From positions 45,508,001 to 45,572,000 of the forward strand of contig OX597814.1 of assembly GCA_951406725.2 (NCBI GenBank): a stretch of 64,000 bases of DNA. Direction: 5' to 3'. Below, piece by piece: positions 14,401-25,817 of the stretch. Positions within the stretch are counted from its first letter, which is position 1; every line of letters begins with the position of its first letter. Position numbers and translations under genes: made by a program. Under the pieces are notes generated by a model. The model saw only the letters and a program-made list of their open reading frames with translations, did no database searches and had not been told where the DNA came from. Source of the DNA: Octopus vulgaris (taxonomy: Eukaryota).

Positions 14401-17400
14401 TTTGTCTATTACTCATTTTTGTCTTTTTCAGCACATAAGGATTTTGGGCACTTTTATGGTAAGTTATTATTTCAACGCAAGTTTAGTGTTTAAAAGAATA
14501 CTAAAAATATAGAACGCTTTTTGTCATAAAATGGGAAATAAGTGAAACATACAGATAAAACAAAAGATTTATATCCATATATTTTTCAGTGTGTATTTAT
14601 CTCGGGAAATGTACTGATCGATTACTTCATTTCTTAACTTTAATCTGATATTTTCATTAATGAATGATTAACCCTAGGAATATAGGGTAAATATGGCTCA
14701 TTTATTATTCCGTTTCTGTTGATGACAGTAATTGTTTCAGTATGGCTGTATAGAACCGCTTAAGTATGTGTTTGGAATGCTAGTTACAGCAAACATACAC
14801 CAGTCTCTAAACATTTTCATCACTAGGATATACTGAATACTTCCATAATATCATCTGAAAAATAAAGACAAGCTTATTGTATGTCTGTATACATACAGAA
14901 AATTTTGAGTTGAGACATTTACTATAATATGTCTCAAATTGAGTACGTATATGTGCTAAGAAGAATATTATGATCTTTGTCTCTATTCAGCAAAAGTTCA
15001 CCCATGGATAATGCTTTTTCTACTGTTATTGCTTAAAGAAATAAAAGTTTTATATGCATTTTTTTTTTTCAGGATCTAGTTATATTGCAGCTCCTGATGG
15101 AAGCCGAACTCCAGTAAGTTATATTTGATTGCTATTGATGACAGATAATAATCAGTCTGTTAATAAATTAACGAGATAGACTGTATTTGACACTATAATC
15201 ATTGTATAAAAATATCATCATCATCATTGTTTAACATCTGTTTTCCATGCTGGCATGGGTTGGACGGTTCGACTGGGGTCTGGGAAGTCAGAAGGCTGCA
15301 CCAGGCCCCAATCTATAGCTGGATGCCCTTCCTAACGCCAACCACTCTGAATGTGTAGTGGGTGCTTTTTACATGCTACCAGCGCAGGGTTCACAACTAC
15401 AATTTCCATTTGATTTGATTTTGATATTGCTGATGTTGATGTACTTGACTCAATCGGTCTCCTCAAGCATGGCATGTCACCCTACGATCCAAGGTACTTT
15501 TGAGTGGGTTGGTTATGCGACATTGGTGTAGGTTGCAGCTGTGGACTCACTTTATTTGCTGGCCCTGTGGTCCAAGGCACTTTTGAGTGGGCTGGTTATG
15601 CAACACTGGTGTAGGTTAAATCTGTGAACTCACTTTATTTGCCGTGTCTTCTCAGGCACAGCATACCTCCAGAGGTCTTGGTGTTTTGTCATTGCCTCCA
15701 TGAGGCCCAATGTTTGAAAGTTATGCTTAACCACCTCATCTCATGTCTTCCTGGGTCTCCCTCTACCCCGGACTCCTTCTACTGTTTGAGAGTAGTACTT
15801 CTTCATACAGCTCTCCTTGTCCATCTGCAGTACATGACCATACCAATGATGTGTCTGCCTTCCTATTTACTAGAACTTTGGTCTTTGCAACATTGACTTT
15901 AATCCCTTCGATTCTAAACCTTGCTTCCACACCTGAAATTTCTTTAGTTCTGGTAGTAATTCTGCTATGAGGGCCATGTCATCAGCATAGAGGAGTTCCC
16001 AGGGGCAACCTGTCTTGAATTCCCCTGTTATTGCCTGGAGGACTATGATGAATAAGAGGGGCCTGAGGGCTGATTCTTGGTGGGCCCCTACTTCTACCCA
16101 GTATTCTTCACTATACTCATTGCCAATCCTCACCCTGCTAATGGCATCTCTGCATAGGGCCTGTACAGCCCAATCATTTTTGCTATAATTTTTGATTATT
16201 TGATTACTGAAATTTGTTCTGAATGAAAAATATATAAATTTGTTTTATTTAAAGGGATAGCACCTTGCTTTAAGGCCAAAATATCTGATGCGGCTATTGT
16301 TTGTGAATGCAGGTTTATGGAAAATGTTTTACAGTGGTCACTGTATAAGACAGATAGATTTGATTTGAATATTAGATTGAAGTTATTTTGTATCACCTGA
16401 TGTTTCAATGGCCTAGTGGTTAAGGTGTTGAATTCGTAATTGTATGGTTTTGGTTTCAATTCCCAGACCAAGCAGCACATTATATTCTTGAGCAAAACAC
16501 TTCATTTCATGTTACTCCAGCTCACTCAACCGAAAATGAGTACCAGCAATAGCTGGAAGTTAACCCTATGATGGACTGGTGTCCCCTACAATGGGGAGTG
16601 TTGCACTCTCAGCCACTTATATGCTATTGCTTAATGAGCCTGTAGACTTGTGACAGGAATTGTTAGATCATCACCAGAGATGATATTCTCATGTAACATG
16701 TCAACCTGCCAGGACCCATTTGTTTCCCTGGCTGCTGATGAAATTATAGATATCGAAATAAGTAATGTGTAATGGCTTAACCAAGAACCAATTCTATTTA
16801 TTTACATTTTATTCTTATTTAGTACATTACAGTAAAAGTAAGTCAGTCCTAATGATAAAGGCGACGAGCTGGCAGAAACGTTAGCACGTTTCAAATTCTG
16901 CCAAGGTCGACTTTGCCTTTCATCCTTTCGGGGTCGATTAAATAAGTACCAGTTACGCACTGGGGTCGATATAGTCGACTTAATCCATTTGTCTGTCCTT
17001 GTCCTCTCTGTGTTTAGCCCCTTGTGGGTAGTAAAGAAATAGATATTTGCACTCCAAACAGAGAAGGGTATAACTAAATATCTGCATTGTCAACAGTAAT
17101 ATGCAAACATTGATCAACCATTGCATAATTAAATTCATATTATCCATCTCTGTTGCATGGTGATGTACTCATTGTATAGTGTCAATAAATTTCTTAGTCA
17201 TAAATATTTCAAATTCAACAAACTGATAAATCTCATTGCTGATTCATATCCAATTAAGAAAGACTTCACATTAGAACACTTTCTCTTTGTATTTTTATTG
17301 AACTAAATTCTTTCATCTAATTCAATTCATTCTTTTCCATGTCAGGGTCTTAGCCGTAACAGAGATGGTTTGCTGATATCTGAAGTAGACCTTAATCTCT

Positions 17401-17984
17401 GCCGCCAAGTAAAAGATATTTGGGGTTTTCGAGTAAGTTAAGTTTTTGCTTTTAATTTCTTTCCATATATTTTACCTCTCATTTTTTTTCACATATCATA
17501 TATCATCATTAGTATTATTAATTGATCGATTCCCGATTTGACATTTAATTATGTATAATAGAAAACTTTTATGACTGAACTATAATTTTATACACATCAT
17601 CCATTCTACCAGGTTTTTGCTTTTTAACCCAATGATCTTATGTTTTGATACCTTAAAAGTATTAAAATATATTTCTACTACCTATATCATCATCATTGTC
17701 ATTTAACATTTGCCTTCCATGATAGCATTGGTGGGGATATTTATTTATAAAATACTTACATTATTATAACTAAGTTATGTTGAAATTTTTGTTGCTTATT
17801 TTAGTATTAGCATAAACCTAACCAATTATTTCATCTTACTTAATTTGTTTTAAATTAAGCTGCCTCTTATACACCATAGTAAAATTGTATAAATATCTGT
17901 TATTTACTTTTAAAAACACGATACCTTGCAGGTGTGTTTTACTGATATCTATGATGTATTACCATACCTTAAAATGTAATTAGT

Positions 17985-18060
<76 letters not shown>

Positions 18061-18247
18061 GTCATTTGATATATTTACACAAAGAAATATATAAAAGTAA
18101 TGTAAAGCCACCTACATAGTAAACAATGTGATAATCAAATAACATGTTCTTTTTTTTTAATAGATGACCCAGCGTCTTGACCTGTATGCAGAATCTTTAA
18201 CTGCTGCTGTGAAGGATGACTATGTTCCACCTGTTCTTAAAGAATAG
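1389..18247 (+). CDS. UPB1: Beta-ureidopropionase (beta-alanine synthase), 5'-partial. 12 exons: 1389-1476, 2993-3087, 5574-5658, 7834-7910, 8570-8624, 10125-10239, 12545-12626, 13362-13404, 14432-14458, 15073-15113, 17346-17432, 18164-18247
   Basis: Spliced 879-nt frame (292 aa + TAG), all introns GT-AG and phase-compatible. Signature peptides LQEAW (catalytic Glu), [30 protein letters not shown] (Lys), ICYGRHHP (Cys), [24 protein letters not shown]. Confidence 0.97.
2439..2492. repeat. (CT)n microsatellite
   Basis: Perfect dinucleotide run. Confidence 0.95.
2993..3087 (+). CDS. UPB1: UPB1 exon: [31 protein letters not shown]
   Basis: tag| acceptor, |gtgatt donor, conserved peptide. Confidence 0.95.
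3953..4340 (-). mobile_element. Non-autonomous Helitron
   Basis: On the minus strand it ends in a GC hairpin (cccgagcaacgccggg, 3965-3980) followed by CTAG|T. The 5' end is TATATATATAAAA-like, and there is an internal ~95-bp tandem duplication. Confidence 0.75.
4680..4900. mobile_element. piggyBac-type MITE
   Basis: TTAA on both sides (4676-4679, 4901-4904). TIRs ccctttcgtgtt / aacaccaaaggg match at 11/12. Confidence 0.8.
5222..5453 (+). mobile_element. SINE family B (Meta-domain-like core gcctttcatcctttcggggtcgat)
   Basis: Multicopy in the window; flanked by TSD ggtaatgtttttattt. Confidence 0.85.
5574..5658 (+). CDS. UPB1: UPB1 exon: [28 protein letters not shown]
   Basis: cag| acceptor, |gtatgt donor, SPILERD motif. 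Confidence 0.95.
5923..6348 (-). mobile_element. CR1-clade LINE 3' end with (ATT)n tail
   Basis: The minus-strand [11 protein letters not shown]...[21 protein letters not shown]...SFK is a typical CR1 ORF2 C-terminus. Second copy at 11887-12277. Confidence 0.85.
7834..7910 (+). CDS. UPB1: UPB1 exon: [25 protein letters not shown]
   Basis: tag| acceptor, |gtatta donor, catalytic Lys. Confidence 0.95.
8150..8445 (+). mobile_element. Diverged RTE-tail element with short tandem units
   Basis: Repeated gctggtgc.acataaaa units, then gttaggaagggcatccagcc...ccaacccat..cagcatg. Confidence 0.65.
8570..8624 (+). CDS. UPB1: UPB1 exon: [18 protein letters not shown]
   Basis: cag| acceptor, |gtgagt donor. 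Confidence 0.95.
10125..10239 (+). CDS. UPB1: UPB1 exon: [37 protein letters not shown]
   Basis: aag| acceptor, |gtgagt donor, catalytic Cys. Confidence 0.95.
10308..10507. mobile_element. piggyBac-type MITE (second family)
   Basis: TTAA on the left; TIRs ccctttcattac / gtaacgaaaggg match at 11/12; the right TTAA is mutated. Confidence 0.7.
10768..10945 (+). mobile_element. SINE family B
   Basis: Family similarity; TSD aactctaagctttgc. Confidence 0.8.
11887..12277 (-). mobile_element. CR1-clade LINE 3' end
   Basis: Closely similar to 5923-6310. Confidence 0.85.
12545..12626 (+). CDS. UPB1: UPB1 exon: [27 protein letters not shown]
   Basis: tag| acceptor, |gtaagt donor. Confidence 0.96.
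13362..13404 (+). CDS. UPB1: UPB1 exon: [14 protein letters not shown]
   Basis: tag| acceptor, |gtattt donor, FPNEFTSGD motif. Confidence 0.94.
13818..14030 (+). mobile_element. SINE family B (diverged)
   Basis: ggtggcaagctggcagaa...ctgagttcaaat...gactttgccttcc. Confidence 0.7.
14115..14338 (+). mobile_element. RTE-tail element ending in (GAT)n
   Basis: Same 3' tail as the RTE at 43258-45811. Confidence 0.8.
14432..14458 (+). CDS. UPB1: UPB1 27-nt micro-exon: (A)HKDFGHFY
   Basis: cag| acceptor, |gtaagt donor, conserved peptide. Confidence 0.93.
15073..15113 (+). CDS. UPB1: UPB1 exon: (G)[13 protein letters not shown]
   Basis: Poly-T cag| acceptor, |gtaagt donor. Confidence 0.94.
15215..16170 (-). 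mobile_element. Internally deleted RTE LINE (RT fragment + 3' tail)
   Basis: ORF 15870-16133 contains [10 protein letters not shown]; the tail has a (GAT)n end; ~83-bp tandem duplication at 15489-15645. Confidence 0.85.
16409..16630 (+). mobile_element. Old tRNA-headed SINE (CORE/V-like central segments)
   Basis: A-box-like tggcctagtggttaagg, B-box-like gtttcaattccc, cttgagcaaaacactt and ccctatgatggactgg segments. Confidence 0.55.
16859..17041 (+). mobile_element. SINE family B (internal deletion)
   Basis: Family similarity to 5222-5453. Confidence 0.8.
17346..17432 (+). CDS. UPB1: UPB1 exon: [29 protein letters not shown]
   Basis: cag| acceptor, |gtaagt donor. Confidence 0.95.
17986..18058. 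repeat. (CT)n microsatellite
   Basis: Perfect dinucleotide run. Confidence 0.95.
18164..18247 (+). CDS. UPB1: UPB1 last coding exon: [27 protein letters not shown]
   Basis: tag| acceptor, TAG stop. Confidence 0.95.
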   Translation: MTQRLDLYAESLTAAVKDDYVPPVLKE

Positions 18248-18422
18248 ATTTCAACAATAGCATGCTTTTATCTCTAATTAAAGAATAGATAACAGCAGAA
18301 AGATGTTATCACATAAATTCTATTAATTATCAGGGCAAAAAATGTTAATCAAACTATTTTGAACACATTCCCTTTCAAAATTTTTCTAAAGTTTTCTTCC
18401 AATGATGAAAAATGTATTTTAT

Positions 18423-18494
18423 AATAAACTACTTTGCTATGAAAATGAGAAGGAAACCAAGTTATGATTTTTGTAATTTCTGTATTGGAATAAA
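18423..18494 (+). terminator. Candidate UPB1 polyadenylation signals
   Basis: AATAAA at 18423-18428 and 18489-18494, the second followed by a GT/T-rich tract. Confidence 0.5.
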
Positions 18495-19479
18495 GTTATT
18501 TTTCAATGTTTGGTTTGTTTTAAAACTTGTTCAGTTTTGTTATTTTGTATGTTTAGACATCATTGCTCTTAAATCAATAAGGTAATGAACTATTGGACAA
18601 AATATCTCATCATTTCCAGGCAGATAACATAAATAACAATAATTTTGAGATAAAATTTGGGATCACACTGTTGTCCACTCTTCAACTAGAAGCAAACAAA
18701 ATAGGCTTTAGGACAATAATCAAATACACTGTCAATTTTTTCTGTGTTACCTGATTTATTCATCAATTTATTTATTTTTTTTTTTTGTAAGCTTATTCAA
18801 TGTTCCCTTCCTGTGCATATTCTATGCACCGTTCATGGAGGTTTGGTTACTTTTTCTGATGAGTTGTATTACTCCTGAACACCATACAATAAGTTCATTA
18901 TAGTGAAAAAATTGCTAATAACATTCCCTCTTCAATTTCAACTATACTGGTTTAAATTTTCCATGTCATGCTTCCACACTTTAATTTTCCAAACTGCTCT
19001 AAAGAACCTGCTGACTGCAGTTAATTGCGCAACTTGCAACAATGTCATACTATGTGGGATAGTAAGTTAGCAGAAATAAAAAAACTAAATACCTGATATT
19101 ATTCTATATCTTCTAGATTCTGAGTTCAAATTCTGCCTTTCATTTTTCCATGATTTATAAAGTAAAAACAAGTATAATATTATGAACAATTCACTCCACC
19201 TATATTCTCTTCCCTTTTGAAAAAGAGCCTTATATTTGTAGTATATCACCTTCAACATTGAAATTAATATTATTGTTGCTTAGTCCTTCAAACTCTTTGC
19301 TAGACACACATACCACTACAATTTTCAACCAATCAACAGCAGCCATTTATTATTATTTTCTCTATAATATTCCTCTAGATTTTGCAAACACAACGAACTT
19401 TACTTCAGAGCAAGACAACTGCAAGAGCAGCTTGTCTCTAAGAGTAAGCATCTCTACCTAGTATTTATTTATCTGAAAT

Positions 19480-19790
19480 CTGGTAGTCAATAAGAAAATA
19501 GTGGATTAATGGCTTGTGAGAGTAGTGCAAGCTATGTACAGAGATGCAGTCAGTTAAAGTGAGAACTGGCAATGAGTTCAGTGAGGAACTTAATATGTAC
19601 ATAGATGTCTATGGTTTGATTCCCATCCTCTTATTTATTTATTTATTTAAGCCATAACTAAGAATTTTAAGACTGGTTGCTTGTTATAGCAGAGACAAAG
19701 ATTTAAAGAAATTCCAGACATGAAAACAAAACCTAGAATCAAGAAGTCTCAGAGTAAACTTAGCAGAGATTGAGCTCTAGTAAAAGAATA
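19480..19790 (+). mobile_element. Decayed RTE RT fragment
   Basis: Similar to 43795-44130 (gtgcaagctatgtacagagatgc...gcaatgagttcagtgagg). Confidence 0.6.
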
Positions 19791-20254
19791 CAGGAATCTG
19801 TTGCTATTAGGGAAATGACCATAATTACTATGAGTACATAAAAATTCCATATGGTATACTCAATATTATCTATGGCATTACTACAGAAGTGTGTGTTCCC
19901 ACCCCTGGACTTTGTTTCCCCATAATTTCTTAAAACTGCATATTTTTTAATAAAAGTTTCCAAAGATACATTTTAGACAATGTAGACTGATTTTGGGGAA
20001 CGGAAAATTGAGAAAAACATTTTTCTTGGTGGATCATTTCCCGACTAAACTTTGTTAAATGCATAGTTTTTAATGCAATTTTCCAGAGATGCATTATAAT
20101 TATCTTGATAAAATATGAAACTTTTTTTTTTCCTTGAGGAAACAAAGTCAATGAGCAGTGCTCTCTTCATTTTGTTTCCTCATAACTTTCTTAAAAATTC
20201 ATATTTTTAAATGAAATTTTCAAGAGTATAGAATACGATTATAGTAATAATTTT

Positions 20255-21092
20255 GGCAGAAGCCAGCAGTTTTGAGGGGAGCAGGCAAGTCAATGTAATC
20301 AACTCTAATACTCGACTGGTATTTATTTTATTGGCCTGTAAAGAATGAAAACGAAAGTTGGTCTCGGCAGAATTTAAACTCAGAACATAAAGAGCTGGAA
20401 GAAATACCACCAGCATTTTGTCTATGCTAATGATTCTGCCAGTTCACTACCTTATAATGATAATAATTATTTCTACTATAGGCTTAAAGCCTGAAATTTG
20501 GGTTGAGGGTGAACTTGATTACATTGACCCCACTACTTGACTGATACTTATTTTATTGACTTCGAAAGGATGAAAGGCAGAGTCAACCTCAGCAGAATTT
20601 GAACTCAGAATGTAATGAAGTGAAAAAAATGTCACCAAGCATTTTGTACATGCTAACAATTCTACCAGCTCAGCCTTAGTAAATTTGAAATTTGGGCACA
20701 AGACTAGTGGGAAGGATCAATTGATTACATTGACCCTACTAATTGACTGGTACTAATATTATCAACTTCAGAGTTATGAAAGGCAAAGTTGATCTTATTG
20801 AAATTTGAACTCAGTGTAATGTGTCAGAAGAAATGCTGCTAAGCATTTCGTCCAACATACTGATACCGCCACCTCAACACCTTAATAATAATAATCCTTT
20901 ATTTTGGCACAGGCCAGCAATCCTGAGTGGTGGGGACGTTTATTACATCGACCCCCAATGCTCAAGTGGTACTTATTTTATCAACCCTGTAAAGATAAAG
21001 GCAAAGTTGACCTTAGCAGAATATAAAGGCAGACAAAATGCTACTAAGAATTTTGTCCAGTATGCTAATGATTCTGCCAGCTTGCTTCCTTC
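20255..21092 (-). mobile_element. Cluster of four head-to-tail diverged family B SINEs
   Basis: Four occurrences of cattgacccc...gtacttatttt...aaaggcaaagt.gac...gaatttgaactcag-like segments. Confidence 0.7.
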
Positions 21093-21094
21093 TT

Positions 21095-21935
21095 AATAAT
21101 AATAATAATAATGATGAGCTTATTGTATACAGTTCTAAGGTGCACCACAACTCATCAATAAAAGATTAAAAGAGGGGACAGGAAATAGACAGAAGTCAAG
21201 TAATGAAAGCTAGAACTACATGCACAATACACAATAAAAAACAAAAAAGGCAAAAAAGTGAACATTAAAAGAGTTGTAAAGAGGAAAGGGTGCATAGATA
21301 TATTAGCAAATTTTAGGAAGCAGAATTTTTGAAAGATAGTTCCTGACAGCTAATAACTGATATTTGTAACTTATTCCATGCTTCAATAATTGTGTGACAA
21401 TGTTTCTAGAAGTCCATTGGTGCTTTGTTGATTTTTTAAACATTTGTAATTATGTTCATGAGTTTTAGGGGTATTGAATTCTAAAAGGTGGCTAAAGTTG
21501 GAATGATGGTGGATAATTTTATGGGCTTTTACCAATTCATCTACTAGAATCAAAACTTTAGAGTATTAATGTACATAAAAACAATACATTCAGGTTTCTA
21601 GACAGCTACAATACCAAATCAATTTTCTGGCCAAGATGGAGGTTCCAAATTGGAGATGCAAACTGTAAATGTGGTTTTTCCAACACAAATCATTGTTGAC
21701 AATAATGCCTAGGTCATGTCCATTAGCAAACTTAAGGTCTGTCATGGAGAGAGTAGGCAAACTCCAGTTCTTCCCTCCCAAAATGTATAATAGTGCACTT
21801 GTCTACAGTCAGCAATCCATAGCTACATAGTGTCCAATATTGCCAGAAATATCTTTAGTGTATAGAATCTGATCTTTTTATCTCAAGGTACAATGTAATG
21901 TCATCTGTGTATTTTAATACAGTAACATGCATCAA
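21095..21935 (-). mobile_element. Decayed CR1-clade LINE
   Basis: (ATT)n tail plus ttattgtatacagt..aaggtgcaccacaac end shared with 5923; DLGIIVNNDLCWKNHI remnant. Confidence 0.65.
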
Positions 21936-22259
21936 GCTGGCATCCGTCTCATTAATGTATGTGATGTAGAATTATTTGCCACAGTCCTCAACAATAACTC
22001 ACTTCCTAGGAATTGAACCCAGATCACTATTGAAATGCAGAAATAACTAAATACAATCACAATTTGCTCAATGATTGATGATGTCAGCAAAAAACTGACC
22101 ACTCAAATCTGGTAGAACAGAATGTCATTAACAATTTCAATTTTTGGTGCCTTCTTTGAAAGACATCAGCTATATACACAGTGCAATTATCCACTAGCAG
22201 GTAGAGGCTGCAGTACTCAGGACTAGTGGATGATGATGATAGTTATGACAGCTTAACCT

Positions 22260-24575
22260 TGTAGCAGTTAAACTACAACCATTCTTGTTGACATGCAAGT
22301 GACTGTGTCTCAAAACCACTGTGCTGTTTCCCAGCACAATAAGCAATTTCAACAACACAATTCAGATGCCAGTACTCCACCTGCAACATGATCAGTACCC
22401 ACCAACACAACCAGTTGGCATGTTCTTCTTCATCTTGTTCTCCTTGTTGTTCATCTTAAAAAGAATTGGTCAGCATTGACTGCTAAAAATTGGCTCAAAC
22501 AACAGCCCTTCTACAACCTGGCTGCATAAAACTGACTCACATACATGCATGTATTCTCAAATCAGGTCTTCTTTCCTAATATTTTTACAATTATGATTGC
22601 GCTGGTATGGTCATGTGGCAAGAATGGATGAGGATAACTGTGTGAAAAAGTGCCACACCCTAGTGGTTGAGGGAATCTGTGGAAGAGGTAAACTCAGGAA
22701 GACCTGGGATGAAGTGGTGAAGCATGACCTGCGAACATTAGGCCTCACCGAGGCAATGACTAGTGACTGAGACTTTTGGAAATATGCTGTGCTTGAGAAG
22801 ACCTGGCAAGCCAAATGAGACCATAACCTCGTGGTCTATGCCAGGGGTGTAACCAACCCACTTATATGTACCTTTCCTTCATTGGACCCTAAACTCTGCT
22901 TGCGAAGACCTGTTGAGGCGAGTGAAACCGAAATCGAAATCAAATTCGATGACTGTCATCTGTGCTAGTGAAGCGCTAAGAGCACCATCCGAGTGTGATC
23001 GTTGCCAGAGTGGCTATCTGGCTTCCGTGCTAGTGGCACGTAAAAAGCACCATTCGAGCATGACCATTATCAGCATTGCCTTGCTGGCACTTGTGCCAGT
23101 GGCATGTGAAAAACATTCAAACGAGGTCGTTGCCAGTGCCACTGGACTGGCTTCTGTGCAGGTGGCATGTAAAAAAAACCATTTGAGTGTGGCCGTTGCC
23201 AGTACCGCTTGACTGGCCCTCATGCCGGTGGCACGTAAAAGCATTCACTACATTCTTGGAGTGGTTGGCGTTAGAAAGGGCATCCAGCTGTAGAAACTCT
23301 GCCAGATCAAGATTGGAGTCTGGTGCAGCCATCTGGTTCACCAGTCCTCAGTCAAATCATTCAACCCATGCTAGCATGGAAAGCGGACATTAAACAATGA
23401 TGATGATGATGATTCTGGTCTAATATTCAACTACAATGATATTTTGCACATTATGAGCTATGTGGATTTTTGCACTTCAGTATTTCACATATCAGACAGG
23501 ACTGCACTGTACATAGAAAACATCTTCTGTCAGTACTCCAGCTCTTTCCAGCTAGATCACCTGCTACCCATCTATGCAATTTAACCAGCATTCTTAGTCT
23601 TGCAGTCATCCCTTCTAATGCATATTGCAGCACACACTTTACCTCTGCATTTCCAGAATCTTTTTAATTTTGCAATTCACCATTACCATTCATTTCACTA
23701 ACAAAAGATTCCTATAACAGAAATATTTGGTAGAGTCCCAAACAACATCTCAAATGGTTTTTTTTACGTGCCACCTGCACAGAAGCCAGTCCAGTGGCAC
23801 TGGCAATGACCTCGCTCGAATGTTTTTCACATGCCACTGGCACAAGTGCCAGCAAGGCATTGCTGATAATGGTCATGCTCGAATGGTGCTTTTTATGTGC
23901 CACTAGCACGGAAGCCAGATAGCCACTCTGGCAACGATCACACTCGGATGGTGCTCTTAGCGCTTCACTAGCACAGATGCCAGTCATCGAATTTGATTTC
24001 GATTTCGGTTTCACTCGCCTCAACAGGTCTTCGCAAGCAGAGTTTAGGGTCCAATGAAGGAAAGGTACATATAAGTCATTGCCTCAGTGAGGCCTAATGT
24101 TCGCAGGTCATGCTTCACCACTTCATCCCAGGTCTTCCTGGGTTTACCTCTTCCACAGATTCCCTCAACCACTAGGGTGTGGCACTTTTTCACACAGCTA
24201 TCCTCATCCATTCTTGCCACATGACCATACCAGTGCAGTCATAATTGTAAAAATATTAGGAAAGAAGACCTGATTTGAGAATACATGCATGTATGTGAGT
24301 CAGTTTTATGCAGCCAGGTTGTAGAAGGGCTGTTGTTTGAGCCAATTTTTAGCAGTCAATGCTGACCAATTCTTTTTAAGATGAACAACAAGGAGAACAA
24401 GATGAAGAAGAACATGCCAACTGGTTGTGTTGGTGGGTACTGATCATGTTGCAGGTGGAGTACTGGCATCTGAATTGTGTTGTTGAAATTGCTTATTGTG
24501 CTGGGAAACAGCACAGTGGTTTTGAGACACAGTCACTTGCATGTCAACAAGAATGGTTGTAGTTTAACTGCTACA
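22260..24575. repeat. Large inverted duplication: arms 22260-23187 and 23749-24575, 561-bp spacer
   Basis: Direct reverse-complement alignment. The outer ~335 bp are identical; the right arm lacks 101 bp. Confidence 0.95.
22595..23411 (+). mobile_element. 5'-truncated RTE LINE (ORF end + tandem-repeat 3' UTR + (GAT)n)
   Basis: LRWYGHVARMDEDNCVKKC...RKTWDEVVKHDL then the RTE tail. Confidence 0.85.
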
Positions 24576-24762
24576 CTTAATAACCTCCATCCCAATTTCT
24601 TCTCTTTTGCAAAAAAAAAAATTTTTTCCCTTTTTACTTTTTGCGCATATTTTATCTACTGTTCATGCAGTTTTGGTTACTTTTTCTGGTGAGTTGTAGT
24701 GCACCTGAGCACTGTATATAATAACTTCATTACTATTATCGCATACAAACTGTTAAATTATA

Positions 24763-25236
24763 TCATCATCATCGTTTAACGTCCGCTTTCCATGCTAGCA
24801 TGGGTTGGACGATTTTGACTGAGGGCTGGCGAACCAGATGGTTGCACCAGGCTCCAATCTTGATTCGGCAGAGTTTCTACAGCTGGATGCCCTTTCCTAA
24901 CGCCAACCACTCCGAGAGTGTAGTGGGTGCTTTTACGTGTCACCGACACGGGGGCCAGTCAGGCGGTACTGGCAACGACCTCGCTCGAAACCTTTTACAC
25001 ATGCCACCAGCACAGGTGCCAGTAAGGCGACTTTGGTAATGATCACGTTCGAATGGTGCCCTTTTACGTGCCACTGGCACGGAAGCCAGTTGGCTGCTCT
25101 GGCAACGATCACGCTCAGATGGTGCTCTTGACACCCTACTAGCACGGGTACAAGTGCCAGTAGGGCGACGCTGGTAACGATCATGCTCGAATGGTGCCCT
25201 TTAAGTACCACTGGCACGGAAGCCGGTTAGCCGCTT
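24763..25236 (-). mobile_element. RTE 3' UTR element with ~5 tandem units
   Basis: Reverse-complement RTE tail with (ATC)n at the left end. Confidence 0.8.
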
Positions 25237-25802
25237 TCGTATTTCTTTTCAGATGTTCAACGCCACTATAGCTCCCTGTTCTTTCTCTGTCATCCTCAGA
25301 ATAGGAATATTCATATTACTTTAACTGGTGAATACGAGAAGAAACAAGCTTTTCAACCCCCAAAACATTGATAAGAACACTTGCAGTTTTTCGTTGCCTG
25401 TACTGCCCACTATTTGATCACTAATATATGCAACATGTAACAACATACCAAGCACAAATCCCTGTGGGACACCAGATGTAATTACATCGTAATCTACACC
25501 ATCTAAAATTTGTCTTCTGGGAAATTATGCAACAGTTGGTTGCATAATTGTATTTATGCTAGTCTGTTGCGGTTAAATTAGGTCCCATATAAATCAATCT
25601 ATAAAATTGTGCGCTTAGAATAAAGAGTAAAACCCTGGTCTTTATTCTAAAATAAAATATGCCAGAATATATCGTTTTATCATTCTGAAAACTTTCGTTT
25701 CAGAGAATTAAAGCTGTCCTGATATTTCCTTTAGTAATTCAAGCAATGAAGGCTCCCTCTGAGAAAAAATGCAAATTATCGTACAAACCGCTCCCTACAC
25801 TA

Positions 25803-25810
25803 GCGCCAAA
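25803..25810 (-). promoter_or_regulatory. E2F consensus site (TTTGGCGC) ending 8 bp upstream of the XNDC1-like ATG
   Basis: GCGCCAAA at 25803-25810, in a locally CpG-retaining region. Confidence 0.4.
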
Positions 25811-25817
25811 ATTAAAT

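Noticed and set aside
16735-16765. CTGATGA...GAAA motif
   Set aside because: Stems I, II and III cannot be formed.
24380-24562. ~60-codon open frame in the unique part of the inverted repeat
   Set aside because: No recognisable homology or partner exons; not supportable as coding.
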